This document shows, one piece after another, positions 54,161 to 57,935 of a DNA stretch of 57,935 nucleotides. A program made the translations under genes and the position numbers. A model generated the notes under the pieces. That model was not told the DNA's origin. It did not search any database and worked only from the letters and a program-made list of their open reading frames with translations. Each line of letters opens with the position of its first letter. Positions within the stretch are counted from its first letter, which is position 1. This DNA comes from Chloroflexota bacterium (GTDB lineage Bacteria > Chloroflexota > Dormibacteria > Aeolococcales > Aeolococcaceae): contig JAXDLT010000416.1 in NCBI GenBank assembly GCA_034666465.1, positions 1 to 57,935 on the forward strand, in the 5' to 3' direction.

Positions 54161-56758
54161 ATGGAGATGCCAGTGGAAGCCGGCCGGGAGTTCTGGCTGG
54201 GTGTGCTCGGCGCCGGCGGGTTCACCGCGATCCCGCGGTGGACGCTCGAGCCGGTGACGGGCGTCGCCGCGCACGAGACGACGATCCCCGACGACCTGGT
54301 CGCCGGGTTGCGCCGGCTGGCGGGCGAGCTGGCCATGCCGTTCAGCTCGGTGCTGCTGGCCGCGCACGCCAAGGTGCTCGCCGCGCTGTCCGGCGAGCAC
54401 GAGGTCACGACCGGCCACCTCGCCGCGGAGGGCGGCCGGCCGTTGCCCTGCCGGCTCACGATCGGACCCGGCTCGTGGCGTGCGCTGCTGCTGGACACCC
54501 ACCGGGTCGAGAGAGCGCTGCTGTCGTACAGCACCGTCCCGGTCGACGCCCTCAGGCGCGAGCTGGGCCTGACCGGACCCTCGTTCGAGACCGTGTTCGC
54601 TCCGACCGGTGCCGGTGGCGATCTCGCCGAGGGCACCGTCCTGTGGGTGGGGACCCCACCGCGGGGCGGCCGACTCGCCCTTCAGCTGCGGTACCGCGCC
54701 GACGTGCTCGACGCGGAGTCCGCCGCCAGGATCGCCGGCTATCACCTGACCGCGCTCGCGCTGATCGCCGCCGATCCGGAGGCCGAGCACGGGCGGCAGA
54801 GCCTGCTCTCCTCCGGGGAGCTCCACGTCCAGCTCGACGGGCTCGCCGGACCGCGCCGCGAGCTGCCGGATCGCCGGTTTCACGAGCTGTTCGAGCAGCG
54901 GGTGGGGACCCACCCGGACGCCGTCGCCGCCGTGCACGGCGACCGGCGATGGACCTACCGGGAGCTCAACGTCCGTGCCAACCGGCTGGGACGAGCCCTG
55001 TTGGCGCGGGGGCTGCGCCGCGAAGGTGTCGTCGCGGTGGTGACCGAGCGCAACCTGGACTGGATGGCCGCCGTCCTCGCGGTCTTCAAGGCCGGGGGCG
55101 TGTACCTGCCCATCGAGCCGCATCTCCCGGCGGATCGCATCGCGACCACGCTCTCCCGTGCCGCGTGCGGGTTGGTGCTGACCGAGCCCGGCAGCACCAC
55201 CATGCTCGACCAGGCCCTCAGGTCGCTGTCCGGGGTCCGGACGCTCCTCGTCGACACGGCCTACGAGGAGGACCATGCCGGCGGTGATCTCGGCGTCGGT
55301 GTCGCGCCGGACCAGCTCGCCTACATCTACTTCACGTCCGGCTCCACCGGGGAGCCCAAGGGCGCGATGTGCGAGCACGCGGGCATGCTCAACCACCTCT
55401 ACGCCAAGATCGACGACCTGGAGATCGGCGAGGGGCAGGTGGTCGCCCAGACCGCACCGCAGTGCTTCGACATCTCGCTGTGGCAGCTGGTGTCCGCGCT
55501 CCTGGTCGGTGGGCGGACCCTGCTGGTCGAGCAGGAGGTGATCCTGGATGTCCAGCGGTTCGTCGACAGGATCGTCGGCGGCCGGGTCGCCGTCCTCCAG
55601 GTGGTGCCGTCGTACCTCGAGGTCGTCCTGTCCCATCTGGAGCAGCACCCCCGCGAGCTGCCGGACCTGCGCTGCGTGTCGGTCACCGGCGAGGCGCTGA
55701 GGCACGAGCTCACGCAGCGGTGGTTCGCGGCCGAGCCCGGGATCACGCTGGTCAACGCGTACGGGCTGACCGAGACGTCCGACGACACCAATCATGAGGT
55801 CATGACCCGGGTGCCGGACACAGAACGGGTCCCGCTCGGTCGCCCCGTCAACAACGTGCACGTCTATGTGGTCGACGAACACCTGTCCCCGGTGCCGCTC
55901 GGCGCCCCCGGTGAGATCGTCTTCTCCGGGGTCTGCGTCGGCCGCGGGTATGTCAACGACCCTGAGCGCACCCGGCTGGCCTTCATGGCCGATCCGCACC
56001 GCGAGGGCCGGCGGCTCTACCGGGGCGGTGACCACGGCCGCTGGCTGCCCGAGGGCAAGCTGGAGTTCCTCGGCCGCCGGGACACCCAGGTCAAGGTCTC
56101 CGGCTTCCGGATCGAGATCGGCGAGATCGAGAACGCCCTGTCGCGGGTGTCCGGCGTCCGCGACGGTGCGGTGGTGGTCGCCGAGCGAGCGGACCGGAGC
56201 AGGCACCTGGTGGCCTTCTACTCCGGCCGGCGGCCACTCGAGCTCGATGTCCTGCGGGACCGGCTGGGTGAGTCGCTGCCCGAGTACATGGTCCCGTCGG
56301 TATTCCATTGGCGGGAGCATCTGCCGCTGACCGCCAACAGCAAGATCGACAGGAGGACGCTGACTGCGCTCGCCGGAGAGCTCGACGCCGTCGAGCAGGA
56401 CCACCACGCGCCGACCACGCCGACCGAGCGGTGGCTGGCGGCCGCGTGGGCGAAGGTGCTCGGCATCCCGCCGGATCAGATCGGCCGGCGGGACCACTTC
56501 TTCGACCGGGGCGGCACGTCGCTGTCGGCTGTGAGGCTGGTCATCGCCCTCGACCGCGCGGTGTCCCTCCAGGACCTCACCCGTCACCCGGTCCTCGCCA
56601 CTCTGGCGGGGCTGGTCGAGGGCAGGTCCACGCCGTGCTCCGGGCTGCTGCAGTCACTGTCGGAGGCGGACGGTGTGTGCTTCCCCCACGCCGGCGGCAA
56701 TGCGGTGAACGTCCAGCCGATGGCCGGGGCGCTGCGGGCCGGCGGCCTGGCAGTCTAG
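54161..56758 (+). CDS. NRPS: C-terminal half of a condensation domain - A - PCP - about 30-aa thioesterase stub
   Basis: ATG after GGAAGGAGGAA. No HHxxxDG, but C-domain late motifs are present (EFWLGVL.., PFSSVLLAAHAKVLAALSG). A-domain motifs are LAYIYFTSGSTGEPKG, FDISLWQ, NAYGLTE, YRGGDHGRW, GRRDTQVKVSGFRIEIGEIE, SKIDR. PCP motif is FFDRGGTSLSAV. It ends GVCFPHAGGNAVNVQPMAGALRAGGLAV*. Confidence 0.9.
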   Translation: MEMPVEAGREFWLGVLGAGGFTAIPRWTLEPVTGVAAHETTIPDDLVAGLRRLAGELAMPFSSVLLAAHAKVLAALSGEHEVTTGHLAAEGGRPLPCRLTIGPGSWRALLLDTHRVERALLSYSTVPVDALRRELGLTGPSFETVFAPTGAGGDLAEGTVLWVGTPPRGGRLALQLRYRADVLDAESAARIAGYHLTALALIAADPEAEHGRQSLLSSGELHVQLDGLAGPRRELPDRRFHELFEQRVGTHPDAVAAVHGDRRWTYRELNVRANRLGRALLARGLRREGVVAVVTERNLDWMAAVLAVFKAGGVYLPIEPHLPADRIATTLSRAACGLVLTEPGSTTMLDQALRSLSGVRTLLVDTAYEEDHAGGDLGVGVAPDQLAYIYFTSGSTGEPKGAMCEHAGMLNHLYAKIDDLEIGEGQVVAQTAPQCFDISLWQLVSALLVGGRTLLVEQEVILDVQRFVDRIVGGRVAVLQVVPSYLEVVLSHLEQHPRELPDLRCVSVTGEALRHELTQRWFAAEPGITLVNAYGLTETSDDTNHEVMTRVPDTERVPLGRPVNNVHVYVVDEHLSPVPLGAPGEIVFSGVCVGRGYVNDPERTRLAFMADPHREGRRLYRGGDHGRWLPEGKLEFLGRRDTQVKVSGFRIEIGEIENALSRVSGVRDGAVVVAERADRSRHLVAFYSGRRPLELDVLRDRLGESLPEYMVPSVFHWREHLPLTANSKIDRRTLTALAGELDAVEQDHHAPTTPTERWLAAAWAKVLGIPPDQIGRRDHFFDRGGTSLSAVRLVIALDRAVSLQDLTRHPVLATLAGLVEGRSTPCSGLLQSLSEADGVCFPHAGGNAVNVQPMAGALRAGGLAV

Positions 56759-56771
56759 AGAGGAGATCGAG

Positions 56772-57776
56772 ATGTCGCCCCCATCCCCGACGTCGCCGCT
56801 CGACGTGGATCTGCACCCCGGCCGACCTCCGCTGATGCGGGCCGAGGCAACCGGCGACGCGCCCAGATGGGCGGCCGAGCACCGGGATGCGCTGCGCGCC
56901 GTCGTCGCCGAGCACGGTTCGGTCCTGGTCCGTGGCCTCGCGCTGCGCGACGTGGCCGGGATCGGTGCCGTCTTTCAGCGGCTGGCCGGCGGCCTGATGA
57001 CCGAGAAGGAGACCTTCGCGCCCCGGCGCTCCCACTCCGGCGGCGTGTACTCCTCGTCGAAGTGGCCGTCGAACCAGCCGATGTGCATGCACCACGAGCT
57101 GAGCTACACACTCCAGTTTCCCGGCCTGATGCTGTTCGCGTGCCTCGGCGCGCCCAGCCACGGCGGGGCGACCGCGGTGGCCGACTCGACGACCGTGCTC
57201 GACGCGCTGCCCGCCGGGTTGATCACGCGGTTCGAGCGGGAGGGCTGGCTGCTCATCCGCAACTACAACGACGAGATCGGGGCGTCCTTCGCCGAGGCGT
57301 TCGGCACCGAGGACCGTCGCGCCGTCGAGAGCTACTGTCGCGCCCACGCGATCGAGTTCGAGTGGCAACCGGACGGTGGACTGCGCACCCGGCAGCGCCG
57401 CAGCGCGGTGGTGCGCCACCCGGTCACCGGCCGGCGCTGCTGGTTCAACCAGGTCGCATTCCTCAACGAGTGGACGGTCGCCCCCGAGGTGCGTGAGTAC
57501 CTGGTGGACGTCCACGGTGCCGACGGGCTGCCGTTCACCACCCGCTTCGGCAACGGCGACCCGATCGGCGAGGACGTCGTGCAGCTGGTCAACAGTGTCT
57601 ACGACGCCAACACCGCACGTGAGCCGTGGCAGGCCGGCGACCTGATGCTGGTCGACAACATCCGCACCGCGCACAGCAGGGAGCCCTTCGAGGGACCCCG
57701 CGAGGTGCTCGTGGCGATGGCCGGCGCGGTGCGTCTGGCCGACTGCTCGCCGACCGTCGAGGTGACCGCCGGATGA
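56772..57776 (+). CDS. TauD/TfdA-family Fe(II)/2-oxoglutarate dioxygenase (SyrP-like)
   Basis: ATG after AGAGGAGA. HxE facial-triad motif (CMHHELSY), distal His and Arg (DNIRTAHSREPF), about 330 aa as for SyrP/clavaminate-synthase-like hydroxylases. Confidence 0.8.
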   Translation: MSPPSPTSPLDVDLHPGRPPLMRAEATGDAPRWAAEHRDALRAVVAEHGSVLVRGLALRDVAGIGAVFQRLAGGLMTEKETFAPRRSHSGGVYSSSKWPSNQPMCMHHELSYTLQFPGLMLFACLGAPSHGGATAVADSTTVLDALPAGLITRFEREGWLLIRNYNDEIGASFAEAFGTEDRRAVESYCRAHAIEFEWQPDGGLRTRQRRSAVVRHPVTGRRCWFNQVAFLNEWTVAPEVREYLVDVHGADGLPFTTRFGNGDPIGEDVVQLVNSVYDANTAREPWQAGDLMLVDNIRTAHSREPFEGPREVLVAMAGAVRLADCSPTVEVTAG

Positions 57777-57935
57777 CCACCATCTCCTCCACCACGAGGG
57801 AGTCCGCAACGCCCGAGCCGATCACCGTGCCACCGTTCGCGGTGATCTCGGGGGCCCAGGTCGAGCGCGCGCTGCGGGGCCGCGTGAACCAGATCGTCGA
57901 GTTGGTCGAGGCCACCTACCGGCTGCACGGCGCCG
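57773..57935 (+). CDS. sbnB: 5' part of an SbnB-like (ornithine-cyclodeaminase fold) NAD-dependent enzyme, cut by window end
   Basis: The ATG overlaps the dioxygenase stop (ATGA). MTTISSTTRESATPEPITVPPFAVISGAQVERALRGRVNQIVELVEATYRLHGA.. resembles SbnB/VioK-type N-termini as I recall them. Only 54 codons are visible. Confidence 0.5.
   Translation, partial: MTTISSTTRESATPEPITVPPFAVISGAQVERALRGRVNQIVELVEATYRLHGA

Noticed and set aside
56671-56755. A possible intact thioesterase domain at the NRPS C-terminus.
   Set aside because: Only the first about 30 residues (CFPHAGGN...) are present before the stop. None of the three downstream frames continues with TE motifs (no GxSxG). I treat it as a truncated stub.

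Overview
Very GC-rich DNA (about 70 % by eye) of actinobacterial type: GGAGG-type Shine-Dalgarno sites, frequent GTG starts, LAL/LuxR regulators and an LLM oxidoreductase. It is densely coding, with about 55 CDS I can support. I recognised no rRNA, tRNA, CRISPR array, transposase or integrase. All calls come from reading the ORF track and sequence by eye (family motifs, third-codon-position GC bias, SD spacing). No searches were run, and start codons are best guesses.

Left part (1-19.8 kb):
- a decayed YVTN-repeat gene and an RHH protein;
- a co-directional minus-strand block: sortase-fold protein, 42-aa ORF, LysR, DrrAB-like ABC exporter, small secreted proteins, hydrolase;
- an NmrA-like protein, a PHB-depolymerase-family esterase with an 18-bp-repeat-encoded (GLPxLP)n tail, a PucR regulator and a CoA-transferase.

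Middle (19.9-32.1 kb) is an island made almost entirely of regulators:
- a His-less kinase-LuxR fusion, a LAL, GAF-LuxR and an X-domain-LuxR;
- a deletion-riddled LAL remnant;
- a histidine kinase, a NarL-type response regulator and an orphan receiver.
- One GAF-LuxR gene plus a 51-aa/96-aa two-gene module is a diverged second copy of a module at 8.9-12.1 kb.
- A roughly 50-bp promoter-like element occurs three times.

Right part:
- a metal (Zur-box-like) ABC importer operon with a CooC-like ATPase and an LLM oxidoreductase;
- acyl-CoA synthetase + thiolase, a second LAL, an epimerase, an SRPBCC protein and a TetR-ABC exporter.

The most interesting locus is at the window edge (50.1 kb to the end, truncated). 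It is a compact biosynthetic cluster of five genes: an SbnA-like enzyme, a Pls/PosA-type membrane synthetase, a half-C/A/T NRPS with a decapitated TE, a SyrP/TauD-like dioxygenase, and an SbnB-like gene. The Pls-type synthetase has no adenylation domain and carries a recently duplicated PCP didomain. I predict a Dap-based cationic oligo/poly-amino-acid made by a split architecture I do not know from described systems.
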